64,000 nucleotides of DNA from Candidatus Latescibacterota bacterium (GCA_965248355.1 OZ252098.1:736001-800000); one strand, 5' to 3'. Shown: positions 17,529-28,135, counted from the first letter of the stretch. Notes: a model not told the origin generated them from the letters alone. Numbers and translations: made by a program.

Positions 17529-20500
17529 ATGTCATCCGTTCTCTCGGACATGCTTCCCGGAGATTACCCCCGTAGGATCAAGAGCATCCGGGGCCTCCGC
17601 GGTCTGACGCAGGCGCAGTTCGCCGAACTCGTCGGCGTCTCCTTTGCCTCCGTCAACCGCTGGGAGAACGGACAGTCCCGCCCCAACAACCTGGCCTGGC
17701 GGCGCGTCGTCGAGTTGGAGAACCTGCCGGCAGACGGGGCGGACAAGCCCTCGGCCGACGAAGTACCCCAGTCCCCGAGCATGGACTTCTCAGCCGATCC
17801 CGAGGCGGTCTCCGCCGTCGCCGAGGCCCATCGCCTCGCCAGCGGCCACCTCTTCAACCCCGCCTTCGCCACCGAGACATCGCTGATCGACCCGCTCCCG
17901 CATCAGCGCATCGCCGTGTATCAGCGAATGCTCCAGCAGTCCCCCCTGCGATTCCTGCTGGCCGACGACGCCGGCGCCGGCAAGACCATCATGACCGGTC
18001 TGTACGTGCGCGAGATGCTGTCCCGCCGACTTCTGCGCCGCGTGCTCGTCGTGCCCCCGGCGGGCCTGGTCGGCAACTGGGAGCGGGAGATGCGCACCCT
18101 CTTCCGCCTGGCCTTCCGCATCGTGGGCGGGGCCGACGCGCGCGCCGGCAACCCCTTCCTCGGCCCCGAGAGCGACCTCGTCATCGTCAGCGTCGACACC
18201 CTGGCCGGGGAGCGCATGTTCGGCCACCTCAAGGATCCGCAGACCAACCCTTACGACCTCGTCGTCTTCGATGAGGCCCACAAGCTGTCCGCGGACCGCC
18301 AGCCCGACTTCCGGGTGCGCAAGACAGGCCGATACCGGCTGGCCGAGGCCCTGGCCTGCGCCCCGTCCGACGACAAGGACCGGTGGGAGCTGCCCTGGAC
18401 CGCGCAGCACCTGCTGCTGCTGACGGCCACTCCGCACATGGGCAAGGACCACCCCTACTACTACCTGTGGCGCCTGCTGCTGCCGGACGCCCTCTCCACC
18501 TTCGACGCCTTCGAGGAGTTCCCCCCGGACTCCCGGCAGCGGCACTTCATCCGCCGCACCAAGGAGGAGATGGTCCACTTCGACCGTCGGCCCCTCTACC
18601 CGCAGCGCAACTGCGACACCCTGAGCTACGAGTTGTCCCAGGGACCGGACGGCGAGCAGGAGCTGTACGACGAGACCACCGAGTACATGCGCTATCACTA
18701 CAACTGGGCCAAGGCGCTGAACCGTTCCGCCGCCCGCCTGGCCATGAGCGTCTTCCAGCGCCGCCTGGCCAGCTCCACCTATGCCCTCCTGCGCTCCTTC
18801 GAGCGCCGCCTCGAGAAGCTGGAGAGGCTCATCGACGACATCCGCAGCGGGCGCCTCACCGAGGAGCAGCTCGCGAGGCAGCAGCGACATCTGGGAAGGC
18901 TCGACGACTTCTTCGAGACGCGCACTCCCGACGAGGAGGCGGCCAGCGAGGACGGGGAACAGCACGAGGAGTTCGAATCCCGGGCCCTCGAAGGCACGGT
19001 GGCGGTCAACCTCGCGGAGCTGGAGGCGGAGCGTGTCAAGGTCGCCGGGTTGCTCGAGAAGGCCAAGAAGCTCTTTGACGCCGGCGAGGAGTCCAAGTTC
19101 GAGAAGCTGCGTGAGGTGCTCGCGGCGCCGCACTACCGCGACGAGAAGCTCATCATCTTCACCGAGCACCGGGATACGGCGGCATTCCTGGTCCGTCGCC
19201 TCGAAGGCCTCGGCTACACCGGCCGCGTCGCCCTGATCCACGGCGGCCTGGCCTACCCCGAGCGGGAGCGCCAGGTCGAGCTGTTCCGCCGGCCCGCCGA
19301 TCAGGGCGGGGCCAGCTATTTGGTGGCCACCGACGCCGCCGGCGAGGGGATCAACCTCCAGTTCTGCTGGCTCATGGTGAACTACGACATCCCCTGGAAC
19401 CCGGCCCGGCTGGAACAGCGCATGGGCCGCATCCACCGCTACGGCCAGAAGCACGATCCGGTGGTCATCGTCAACCTCGTGTCCGCCGGCACGCGCGAGG
19501 GCCGGGTGCTCAAGACGCTGCTCGACAAGCTCGAGGCGATCCGCCAACAGCTCAGCTCGGACAAGGTCTTCGACGTGGTGGGCCGTCTCTTCGAGGGGCT
19601 GTCCGTGCGGGACTACCTGGAGCAGGCGGTGACCGGTGAGGACGGCGGCCAGGCCGCAGCCAGTCAGATGGAAGGCCACCTCACCGAAGAGCAGGTCCTG
19701 GCCCTCGCGGCGAAAGAGCGCTCCCTCTACGGGGACGGCGGCGAGGTCCGCGGCCGGCTGGACGAACTCAACGAGGAGATGGAGCAGGAGAACTACCGCC
19801 GCCTGCTGCCCGGGTACGTGCGCCGTTTCGTCGAGAGATCAGCGCCGCTCCTCGACCTGCGCCTCGAAGGGGATCCGGGGGGCGCCTTCACCCTGGTCCC
19901 GGACCGGCCCCGCGCGGCCGATCCCCTGTTTCCGGCCCTCGAAGCCTACCCGGACGAGGCGAGGGAGCGGCTGACCGTGTACAAACCCGAGAGCCGCGAA
20001 GAAGCGATCTGGCTGCACCCCGGCGAGCCGGTCTTCGACAGCCTCTCGGCCTCGGTCCGGGAGCGTCTCGGGGCCGAAGGGCTTCGCGGCGCCGTGTTCA
20101 GCGACCCTTATGCCAGCGACGCGTACCTCTTCCACATCGCCCGGGTCAGCGTCCAGCAGCATCCTCCCGGGGATGGTCGCGCAGGGGATGGGCGCGGGGA
20201 GCCTGAAGGGGCCCCGCAACTGGTGGAGTCGCGCCTCGTCGGGCTGCGCCAGACCAGCGACGGCGCCGTGCAGGAGTGCCCCGTCGAGCACCTGCTCCTG
20301 CTGCGCGGAGCCGGCGGCATCGCCCCCGGCGGGGTGCCCCTGGCCACCCTGGCCCGCGGCATGGCCGGAGAGGCGGAAGATTTCCTCGAGGAGGAGGTGA
20401 ACGAGCAGATCGTGCAGACGCACCGCCAGCGCCGCTTGGACGATCTGCCCAGGCGCCTGGAGTTCGTCAACCGAGGCTTCGACTATCAGGCCGCGGAGCT

Positions 20501-21125
20501 GGCCGCCGCCCGGTCCAGTCTCAGGGAGAAGGCAGGTGCCGGGGACCGCCAGGCCGCCGAAGAGCTGGCCAAGGTCAGGGAACGGCAGCGAAGCCTCAAC
20601 GCCCAGCGCGCCCGCAGGCTCGCCGAGCTACGGGCCGAGGCGGACCTCATCCGGGCCGGGGAGGCCGAGTTCCTCGTGCACGCCCTGGTGGTGCCGGCCC
20701 AGGACGCCGGGGAGGTGGAGCGCTACGACGCCGATGTCGAGGCCATCGCCATGGCCGTGGCCGCCGGCTTCGAGGAAAGCCGGGGTGCCGAGGTGCGGGA
20801 CGTTTCCAAGCCCGAGCTGGCGAGGCGAGCCGGACTGCCTGACTGGCCGGGCTTCGACCTCCTGTCCCGGCGCGAGGGCATGGAACCGAGAGCCATAGAA
20901 GTCAAGGGACGGGCGGACACCGGCGGCGTAGAGTTGAGGGAGAACGAATGGGCCAAGGCCTGCAACCTGAGAGAGAGGTACTGGCTCTACGTCGTTTTCG
21001 ACTGCGCCACGCCCCGCCCCCGACTGGTGCGGGTGCGGGACCCCTTCGCCAAGCTGCTCGTTGGGGAACGAGAGTCCCGTGTCTTCGCCATCACGGCGGG
21101 GGCGGTAATGGCGGCGTCGGAATAG
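17529..21125 (+). CDS. XRE HTH + SNF2-family helicase + C-terminal DUF3883 (PD-(D/E)XK) nuclease
   Basis: LTQAQFAELVGVSFASVNRWENG; LLADDAGAGKT; DEAH; LLTATPH; QRMGRIHRYGQ; GFDLLS...IEVKG...NEW...YWLYVVFDC. Confidence 0.92.
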   Translation: MSSVLSDMLPGDYPRRIKSIRGLRGLTQAQFAELVGVSFASVNRWENGQSRPNNLAWRRVVELENLPADGADKPSADEVPQSPSMDFSADPEAVSAVAEAHRLASGHLFNPAFATETSLIDPLPHQRIAVYQRMLQQSPLRFLLADDAGAGKTIMTGLYVREMLSRRLLRRVLVVPPAGLVGNWEREMRTLFRLAFRIVGGADARAGNPFLGPESDLVIVSVDTLAGERMFGHLKDPQTNPYDLVVFDEAHKLSADRQPDFRVRKTGRYRLAEALACAPSDDKDRWELPWTAQHLLLLTATPHMGKDHPYYYLWRLLLPDALSTFDAFEEFPPDSRQRHFIRRTKEEMVHFDRRPLYPQRNCDTLSYELSQGPDGEQELYDETTEYMRYHYNWAKALNRSAARLAMSVFQRRLASSTYALLRSFERRLEKLERLIDDIRSGRLTEEQLARQQRHLGRLDDFFETRTPDEEAASEDGEQHEEFESRALEGTVAVNLAELEAERVKVAGLLEKAKKLFDAGEESKFEKLREVLAAPHYRDEKLIIFTEHRDTAAFLVRRLEGLGYTGRVALIHGGLAYPERERQVELFRRPADQGGASYLVATDAAGEGINLQFCWLMVNYDIPWNPARLEQRMGRIHRYGQKHDPVVIVNLVSAGTREGRVLKTLLDKLEAIRQQLSSDKVFDVVGRLFEGLSVRDYLEQAVTGEDGGQAAASQMEGHLTEEQVLALAAKERSLYGDGGEVRGRLDELNEEMEQENYRRLLPGYVRRFVERSAPLLDLRLEGDPGGAFTLVPDRPRAADPLFPALEAYPDEARERLTVYKPESREEAIWLHPGEPVFDSLSASVRERLGAEGLRGAVFSDPYASDAYLFHIARVSVQQHPPGDGRAGDGRGEPEGAPQLVESRLVGLRQTSDGAVQECPVEHLLLLRGAGGIAPGGVPLATLARGMAGEAEDFLEEEVNEQIVQTHRQRRLDDLPRRLEFVNRGFDYQAAELAAARSSLREKAGAGDRQAAEELAKVRERQRSLNAQRARRLAELRAEADLIRAGEAEFLVHALVVPAQDAGEVERYDADVEAIAMAVAAGFEESRGAEVRDVSKPELARRAGLPDWPGFDLLSRREGMEPRAIEVKGRADTGGVELRENEWAKACNLRERYWLYVVFDCATPRPRLVRVRDPFAKLLVGERESRVFAITAGAVMAASE

Positions 21126-21165
21126 CGCAGGCCAACCTCCTGGACCACTCGATGGAGAGCCCACC

Positions 21166-22476
21166 ATGCTGAAACGAATCCATATCCAAGGATACAAGTC
21201 TCTCGAGGACGTCGAAGTAAGCCTGTGCCCGCTCGTGGTTCTGTTCGGGCCAAACGCCGCCGGCAAGAGCAATTTGCTCGATGCCCTGCAACTGCTGTCG
21301 AAGCTGGGGACGAGCCGTACCCTGAAGGAAGCTTTCGATCCACCCTATCGCGGCAAGCCCCTCGAATCCTTCACCATCGGGAGCAAGGGAATCAAGGGCC
21401 TGCTCGAGCAGGACAGGCTTTCTTTTTCGATCGAGGCCGACTTGAGCCTCTCGGATGCGGTCGTCGAGGCTGTCAACCGACAAATACGAGAGATGCGCCG
21501 TCCACACGGGGAGGTCGGGTCTGAAGGGGAAGTCAAGGCTCCTACTCGAGTCCGCGAGCGGGAACTCCGCTATCGGATCGAAGTGGAGATGCTGCCCAGA
21601 TCCGGCATTCTGCGGGTAGCGGATGAATACCTGGCCGCCTTGAACAGCAAGGGTGAACCCACGGGAAAACGCAAACCCTTCTTTGAGCGGCAGGGAGAGA
21701 GGATCCATCTTCGGCATGAGGGCCAGGCGCATCCGACCTATTTCGACCGTTCCCTCGACCACAGCATCCTCTCCATGCCGCACTATCCGCCGCACTATCC
21801 GCATCTGGTGGCGGCTCGTCACGAGCTGGAGAGTTGGCTGTTCTTCTACTTCGAGCCCCGCGAACGCATGCGCGCCTCGAACCCGGTCAAGGAGGTTCGC
21901 CATATCGGCATGATGGGCGAAGAATTGGCGGCCTTCCTCAATACCATGAAGGCAACCGATGCCCGGAGGTTCAGGGGAGTCGAGAAGGCTCTGCATACCC
22001 TGATGCCGAACATCGATGGAATCGAGGTCGAGGTAAGTGATCTCGGCGAGGTTGAGATCCGTCTCAAGGAGGGTGGGGTGGCCATTCCCGCCCGTGTGCT
22101 CTCCGAAGGCACTCTGAGGATGCTTGGCCTCCTCGCTCTTACAGGGGTAGACGAAGGTCCGGCCCTGCTGGGGTTCGAGGAGCCGGAGAACGGAGTCCAC
22201 CCGCGGCGAATTGAGTTGATCGCCGAGTTGCTGAGGACCCAGGAGAGCCTGAACCAGATCCAGCATATCATCACCACACACTCCCCGATCCTGCCTGATC
22301 TGCTGGACGACGAGTCGCTGTTCGCCGTTCGCCGGCTGAACGGCCAGACTCACATAGATCCGTTTTCGACCTGGGGCCCGCTGAAGCGAAAGCAGGACAT
22401 CCGCCAAGCCTTCGCCGATGAGGAAGAGCGCCTGCCGGTTTCGGCGCGCATAATGAGAGGCGACTTCGATGCGTGA
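21166..22476 (+). CDS. ABC-type (AAA_21/AAA_15) ATPase no. 1
   Basis: Walker A GPNAAGKS, signature LSEGTLR, Walker B/D-loop FEEPENGVHP, H-loop TTHSP. Confidence 0.9.
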   Translation: MLKRIHIQGYKSLEDVEVSLCPLVVLFGPNAAGKSNLLDALQLLSKLGTSRTLKEAFDPPYRGKPLESFTIGSKGIKGLLEQDRLSFSIEADLSLSDAVVEAVNRQIREMRRPHGEVGSEGEVKAPTRVRERELRYRIEVEMLPRSGILRVADEYLAALNSKGEPTGKRKPFFERQGERIHLRHEGQAHPTYFDRSLDHSILSMPHYPPHYPHLVAARHELESWLFFYFEPRERMRASNPVKEVRHIGMMGEELAAFLNTMKATDARRFRGVEKALHTLMPNIDGIEVEVSDLGEVEIRLKEGGVAIPARVLSEGTLRMLGLLALTGVDEGPALLGFEEPENGVHPRRIELIAELLRTQESLNQIQHIITTHSPILPDLLDDESLFAVRRLNGQTHIDPFSTWGPLKRKQDIRQAFADEEERLPVSARIMRGDFDA

Positions 22477-23050
22477 GGTCGCCCTCTTCGTCGAGGACTA
22501 CGCACATCGGCAGGTCATCGGCGCTTTGGTTGAAAGGATAGCGGGGGACTGCTGTATCGGTGTACGACTCGATTGGAGGAATGCGGTAGGAGGCCACGGC
22601 AAAGTCGTCACGGAGCTTGAAGATTACATGCGAAACCTGTTGGCACAAGGCGGCCCCTTTCCCGATCTGGTAGTCGTTGCTACCGACGCGAACTGCAGGG
22701 GGTTGAACGATCGGCTTCAAGAGATCGGAGCGTGGGATATCCCAGCGCCCGTGATCCTGGCCGTACCCGATCCGCACATCGAACGCTGGCTGCTGCTCGA
22801 TGGAGCAGCCTTCAAGGCAGTCTTCGGCAAGGGGTGTGACGCCCCCGACCAGAAGTGCGACCGGAGGCGGTACAAGGAGCAGCTGATCAAGGCCATCCAT
22901 GCCACCGGAACCGTACCCCGGCTCGGAGGCATGGAATACGCCGAGGACATTGTGCAGGAGATGGATATCGAGCGCGTCGCCCAGCTGGACAGGTCCTTCA
23001 GGCGTTTCGTCACGGCTTTGCGAAACAGGTTCGGAGGCTGGCAATCATGA
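22469..23050 (+). CDS. TOPRIM-like partner protein no. 1 (DUF4276-like)
   Basis: LFVED at the N-terminus, ATDAN, IERWLLLD; overlaps the ATPase 1 stop. Confidence 0.7.
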   Translation: MREVALFVEDYAHRQVIGALVERIAGDCCIGVRLDWRNAVGGHGKVVTELEDYMRNLLAQGGPFPDLVVVATDANCRGLNDRLQEIGAWDIPAPVILAVPDPHIERWLLLDGAAFKAVFGKGCDAPDQKCDRRRYKEQLIKAIHATGTVPRLGGMEYAEDIVQEMDIERVAQLDRSFRRFVTALRNRFGGWQS

Positions 23051-26000
23051 TTTCCGAGGACAAACGCCTCATCGAAGTCGCCTTCCCTCTGAAGCAGGTC
23101 TCCCTCGACTCCGTGCACGAGAAGAACGTGCGCCATGGCCACATCTCCACGCTGCATATCTGGCCCGCGCGCAGGCCGCTGGCGGCCTGCCGGGCGGCCC
23201 TGATCGCCACGCTGCTGCCCGACCCGGGCAATCCCGAGGAGCGCAAGGCGATTCTTGAACGCATGGCCGGGCGGATCATCGGGAGGCCCGAGCGCAAGCG
23301 CGTGAACGGCCGCGTGGTCGAGCGGGTCAAGGAGGAGACGGAGGGCGGTATCCTCCACTGGGGCCGGGAGAGAGAGCCGGATCTGGAATGGTTCCGTGCC
23401 GAGATCCGCAAAGCCTACGGCGGCAGGGCGCCCAAGGTGCTCGACCCCTTTGCGGGCGGCGGCGCGATTCCCCTCGAAGCGATGCGCCTGGGGTGCGAGG
23501 TGACGGCCATGGACATCAACCCGGTGTCCTGGTTCATCCTCAAGTGCACCCTGGAGTACCCCCAGAGGCTGGCCGGCCAGACCCGGCCGCTGCCCGGGTT
23601 CGCGCTGCAGGACCGGGAATTCATGCAGGCCTTCCTGAAGGCCAAGGGCTTCAAGGGCACCCGGCTGCGGAGTCTGCTGGATCGCCTTGGACACGGCGAC
23701 GGCAGCGACGTGCAGCTCGACGCTCTTCCCAGTGGGGACCGAATTGCCGATGCGGATCTCGCCTGGCACGTGCGCGCCTGGGGCCGGTGGGTGCTGGCGA
23801 GGGCGCGCAAGGAGCTGGCCTCCTGCTACCCGACCTATGCCGAGTTCGAGGCGCTGAAGCCGGGCGGGGACTTCGAGCCCCGGCGCATGCGGCTGCTGGA
23901 GGTCGACGACGCGGGCGCGCCCCAGGTCGATCCCCTCAACGCCGAATTCGACGAGGACTATCTGAAGAACCAGCACAACCCGCGCTGGGTCGCCAAGCTG
24001 GCGGTGGCCTATCTCTGGGCGCGGACCGTGGCCTGCAAGCAGTGCCGGGCCGAACTGCCCCTGTTGAAGACCCGCTGGCTGTGCAGGAAGGACCGCAAGC
24101 GGGTGCTGCTGACCATGGAGCCGAAGGCCGACCGGAGCGGCGTGGTCTTCGGCGTGCAGAGCGATGTGCCGCAGAACGGAGGCAACGGGGCGCAACGGCG
24201 GGAGCACGACCGGAGCCTTGGCGCGGGTACCATGTCGCGTACGGGTGCGGCCTGCCCTTGCTGCGCCGCCATCGCGACCATGGAGGACATCCGCTTGGAG
24301 GGTCGGGCGGGACGGTTGGGTGCGGTGATGACGGCCGTGGTCGTGGACGGACAGAATGGGAAGGAATACCGCCTGCCTAGGGACCATGAGCGGGCGGTGG
24401 CGGAGGTGACCGAGGAACGGCTGCAGGCGCTCTATGCGGAGATACCGTTCGGGTTGCCGGAGGAGCCTTTGCCACGCAGAGGAGCTCTGGGGTTCCGTGT
24501 TCCGTTGTATGGCTTCGACACGTGGCGGAAGCTGTTTACGAACCGGCAGCTGCTGGCCCTTGGGGAATTCGTTCGGAGCCTTCGAAGCCTGATGAAGGAA
24601 CTCGACGACTGGCCTGAGGATTGGCGCGAGGCCGTGATCGCGAATCTCGCGCTCGTCAACGACCGGCTAGCTGACTACTCCAGTTCGATCTGTTCCTGGA
24701 TCAATGGCGGCGAGATTCTTGGACACACCTTTGCACGCTTTGCACTTCCGATCATCTGGGACTACGCCGAGGTAAATCCGCTATCCAATTCATCTGGCAA
24801 CTTCATCGGGGCAGTTGAATGGGTTTCACGTTTCGGCGTACATGTTCAGGGAGCCGTTCAATCAGCGGAGGCGGCACGGGTACGGGGCCTCAGTGCAACA
24901 GAGGTGTCGGGCAAGTACGATGTGATCCTCACGGATCCGCCGTACTACGACGCCATCCCCTACTCCGATCTGATGGACTTCTTCCATGTGTGGATACGAA
25001 GGGCCACACAAGGCCTTCGCCACGAGTTGGACGTTGCCTTTCGCGACCCTCTGGGCCCCAAGTGGGACCACGCGAGCGGCGACGGGGAGCTCATAGACGA
25101 CGCTGGCAGATTCGGCGGCGACAAGGAGCGCTCCAAGCAGAACTACGAAGACGGCATGGCTCGCTCGTTCCGCTCGTGTAATGCTGCCTTGCGGCCGGAC
25201 GGGCGGCTCGTGGTCGTGTTTGCGAACAAGAATCCCGACGCTTGGGAGACTCTGGTCGCAGCGCTGATTCGGGCTGGCTTCGTCGTCAACGGCTCCTGGC
25301 CTATCCAGACAGAGAGAACTGCCAGGACTCGATCGATGGCTTCGGCTGCTCTCGCCTCTTCCGTATGGATCGTCTGCAAGAAGCGGTCCGCCTCCCGCCC
25401 CGGCTGGGACAACAAGGTCCTCGACGAAATGCGCGAGAACATCACCCGGCAGCTCCACGACTTCTGGGACGCCGGCATCCGCGGCCCCGACTTCGTGTGG
25501 GCCGCTACCGGACCGGCCCTCGAAGCCTTCAGCAAGTATCCCGTGGTCAAGAAGGCGAATTCCCCGGGCGAGCAGATGTCCGTTTCCGAGTTCCTGCGTC
25601 ACGTGCGCCGCATGGTCGTCGATTTCGTGGTCGGGCGAGTTCTGATCCCGGACGACGCCGCACCGACGGCGGATGGGCAGGAGGCTGAGACCGGCCTCGA
25701 CGACGTCACCACCTACTACCTGCTCCACCGCAATGACTTCGGCATGGGGGAGGCACCGGTCGGCGGCTGCATCCTCTACGCCCTGTCCTGCAACCTCTCC
25801 GACTCCGCCCTGGTCAACCAGCACGACCTCCTGACCCAGGCGGGCAAGCGGGGAGCCGTGGACGAAGACGATGAGGAGGAGGACGCGCCCGAAGAGGCCG
25901 AGGAGACGGGCGGCGGCGCCAAGGTGAAGTTGAAGCCTTGGCAGCGGAGGAAGGGCCGCAACCTCGGCTTGGAGGGGCAGGGGGGACGGCCAGCGCCCCT

Positions 26001-26271
26001 CATCGACCAGGTGCACAAGCTCATGCATCTCTGGCGCGCCGGGGACCAGGTGAAGGTGAACGAATACCTCGACACCCGCGGCCTGCCCCGCAGTGCCCTG
26101 TTCAACCAGATCCTCCAGGCGCTCATCGAGCTGGCCGCCGAAGGCTCGGAGGAGCGCTCGCTCCTGGAGTCGGTGAGCAACCACGCGGCCGGCCGCGGGG
26201 GAGTGCAGGCACGGAGGCAGAGGCAGTTTCAGTTCGAAAGAGCTGAGCCCGGACCGGAGGAAATCCGATGA
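23047..26271 (+). CDS. DUF1156 adenine-specific DNA methyltransferase with Zn ribbon
   Basis: LHIWPARRPLAACRA (DUF1156), VLDPFAGGGAIPLEA (motif I), CKQC/CPCC, ILTDPPYYDAIPYSDL (motif IV). Confidence 0.92.
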   Translation: MISEDKRLIEVAFPLKQVSLDSVHEKNVRHGHISTLHIWPARRPLAACRAALIATLLPDPGNPEERKAILERMAGRIIGRPERKRVNGRVVERVKEETEGGILHWGREREPDLEWFRAEIRKAYGGRAPKVLDPFAGGGAIPLEAMRLGCEVTAMDINPVSWFILKCTLEYPQRLAGQTRPLPGFALQDREFMQAFLKAKGFKGTRLRSLLDRLGHGDGSDVQLDALPSGDRIADADLAWHVRAWGRWVLARARKELASCYPTYAEFEALKPGGDFEPRRMRLLEVDDAGAPQVDPLNAEFDEDYLKNQHNPRWVAKLAVAYLWARTVACKQCRAELPLLKTRWLCRKDRKRVLLTMEPKADRSGVVFGVQSDVPQNGGNGAQRREHDRSLGAGTMSRTGAACPCCAAIATMEDIRLEGRAGRLGAVMTAVVVDGQNGKEYRLPRDHERAVAEVTEERLQALYAEIPFGLPEEPLPRRGALGFRVPLYGFDTWRKLFTNRQLLALGEFVRSLRSLMKELDDWPEDWREAVIANLALVNDRLADYSSSICSWINGGEILGHTFARFALPIIWDYAEVNPLSNSSGNFIGAVEWVSRFGVHVQGAVQSAEAARVRGLSATEVSGKYDVILTDPPYYDAIPYSDLMDFFHVWIRRATQGLRHELDVAFRDPLGPKWDHASGDGELIDDAGRFGGDKERSKQNYEDGMARSFRSCNAALRPDGRLVVVFANKNPDAWETLVAALIRAGFVVNGSWPIQTERTARTRSMASAALASSVWIVCKKRSASRPGWDNKVLDEMRENITRQLHDFWDAGIRGPDFVWAATGPALEAFSKYPVVKKANSPGEQMSVSEFLRHVRRMVVDFVVGRVLIPDDAAPTADGQEAETGLDDVTTYYLLHRNDFGMGEAPVGGCILYALSCNLSDSALVNQHDLLTQAGKRGAVDEDDEEEDAPEEAEETGGGAKVKLKPWQRRKGRNLGLEGQGGRPAPLIDQVHKLMHLWRAGDQVKVNEYLDTRGLPRSALFNQILQALIELAAEGSEERSLLESVSNHAAGRGGVQARRQRQFQFERAEPGPEEIR

Positions 26272-27566
26272 TTACGTCGATTCGACTCGTGAACTTCAAG
26301 AACTTCGCCGACGAGACCCTGCGCGTCGGCCCGTTTACAGTAATCGTGGGCGCGAACGCCAGCGGCAAGAGCAATATCCGCGACGCCTTCCGCTTCCTGC
26401 ACGGCATCGGCCGGGGCTATACGCTGGCGGAGATCATCGGAGGTAAGTTCGGCCCTGGCGGACAGCGGGAATGGGAGCCGATCCGGGGTGCCCCGAACGA
26501 GATCGTAAGGCTTGAGCAAGCTGCCTCTGCGGTGTCCAATTCGGCGAAGGTGCCCTTCCACCGATCCTACCAGACATCTGAGTTCGCCATTCATCTCGAA
26601 TTCAAGTGGGAGGAGGGGGTTAGGATATGCTATTTGATCAGGGTGGGATCTGATCCACAGAGTCCTGAGGGGTTTAAGGTTCTAGAAGAAACGTTGACGA
26701 AGAGACCAGATACTGGGACCGAAGTGCCTCATCTCCCGGAGAAAAGTTGCGATCTGGGCCTATGTCTATTAAAGGGAACAGATTCCGGTGTGGAGATCGC
26801 AAGCCCGTCCATACCGAGCCTGACCCGAGTGCAGGAAAGTGATGTAGGAGAAGAGATGTGGCATGTGGCTGACGAGTTGCATTATACTCTTTCCCAGATG
26901 GGATTCTCGGAACTGTCTCCCGAGCGGATGCGGGAGCCTTCCTTTCCTGGTGCCAACATTCTGGGGCCATCGGGAGAGAATCTTCCGACGGTAATGGAGG
27001 GGATTTGCGCATCACCTGGGAAGAGAAGGGTTCTGGCGGAGTGGCTCGGAGAACTGACTCCAATGGATGTCCAGGATTTCGTTTTCCCTCGTGATCCCAG
27101 CGGGCGGGTCCATCTCATGATCCGCGAGACAAGTGGAAGAACTGTTTCCGCCTACAGTGCTTCGGATGGCACGCTCCGGTTCCTTGCCCTGCTGGCAATG
27201 TTGCTCCGGGACAGTTCCAAGGGCTTGTATTTCTTCGAGGAGATCGACACGGGCATCCACCCAGCGCGTCAATCGCTCTTGCTGGAACTGATCGAGAAGC
27301 AGGCTACAAAAGGGGGAGTTCAGATGATCACCACCACCCATGCGCCGGATCTGCTGACCCTTGTCAACGACACCACCTTCGAGGACATGTCCATCGTTTG
27401 CCGGTTGGAAGACTCGGACGACGCCATCATTCGTCAGGTGGCTGAACTGCCCAACGCGAGGAGATTGCGTAAGTCCGGAAGCGGGCTGGGAGGGCTGCTC
27501 ATCGAAGGCTGGATGGAAACCGCACTGGCTTTCACTGAGAAGAACGACAAGGGGGATGGAGGGTGA
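26268..27566 (+). CDS. ABC-type (AAA_21) ATPase no. 2
   Basis: GANASGKS, ASDGTLRF, FFEEIDTGIHP, TTHAP. Confidence 0.9.
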   Translation: MITSIRLVNFKNFADETLRVGPFTVIVGANASGKSNIRDAFRFLHGIGRGYTLAEIIGGKFGPGGQREWEPIRGAPNEIVRLEQAASAVSNSAKVPFHRSYQTSEFAIHLEFKWEEGVRICYLIRVGSDPQSPEGFKVLEETLTKRPDTGTEVPHLPEKSCDLGLCLLKGTDSGVEIASPSIPSLTRVQESDVGEEMWHVADELHYTLSQMGFSELSPERMREPSFPGANILGPSGENLPTVMEGICASPGKRRVLAEWLGELTPMDVQDFVFPRDPSGRVHLMIRETSGRTVSAYSASDGTLRFLALLAMLLRDSSKGLYFFEEIDTGIHPARQSLLLELIEKQATKGGVQMITTTHAPDLLTLVNDTTFEDMSIVCRLEDSDDAIIRQVAELPNARRLRKSGSGLGGLLIEGWMETALAFTEKNDKGDGG

Positions 27567-28135
27567 ACGTCCTTATCATCCCCGAAGATTTCCGCAATGA
27601 TCAGTACATCCTGAAGCCTCTCTTCTCGCGGTTCTTTCGATCTATTGGGAAGTCTCGTGTGCGTGTCAGAGTCTGCCGTGATCCTCTGCTTGGCGGCTAC
27701 GTGGAAGCGTTAAGGTCAGAGCGTATCGCGGAGGTCGTCAGAAGGCATTGGGGAATGACGGATGTCTTCGTCCTTATCATAGATCGTGACGGGGACAGGA
27801 ATCGGCGCCAGAGTCTCGATCGCCTCGAAGAGCAATTTGGCTGCGAGCAGATCTTCCTGGGGGAGAATGCCTGGGAGGAGATCGAAACCTGGGTCCTCGC
27901 GGGCCTGGACTTGCCGGGTGATTGGAGCTGGGCGGAGGTCCGCTCGGAGATCCACGTGAAGGAAGAGTACTTCGACCGGCTTGTCGTCGAACGCGGCTTG
28001 TCAGACGCGCCCGGCGGTGGCCGTAAGCCTCTGGGAGAAGAGGCATCGCGCCGGATCGATGCGATCCGACAGAAGTGCCCCGAGGACTTCGATGCACTTG
28101 CCAAGCGTCTGGGGACCGCTGCCGGCGTCACATGA
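27563..28135 (+). CDS. TOPRIM-like partner protein no. 2
   Basis: IIPED, IIDRDGD (DxD), EIETWVLA; GTGA overlap with ATPase 2. Confidence 0.7.
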   Translation: MNVLIIPEDFRNDQYILKPLFSRFFRSIGKSRVRVRVCRDPLLGGYVEALRSERIAEVVRRHWGMTDVFVLIIDRDGDRNRRQSLDRLEEQFGCEQIFLGENAWEEIETWVLAGLDLPGDWSWAEVRSEIHVKEEYFDRLVVERGLSDAPGGGRKPLGEEASRRIDAIRQKCPEDFDALAKRLGTAAGVT

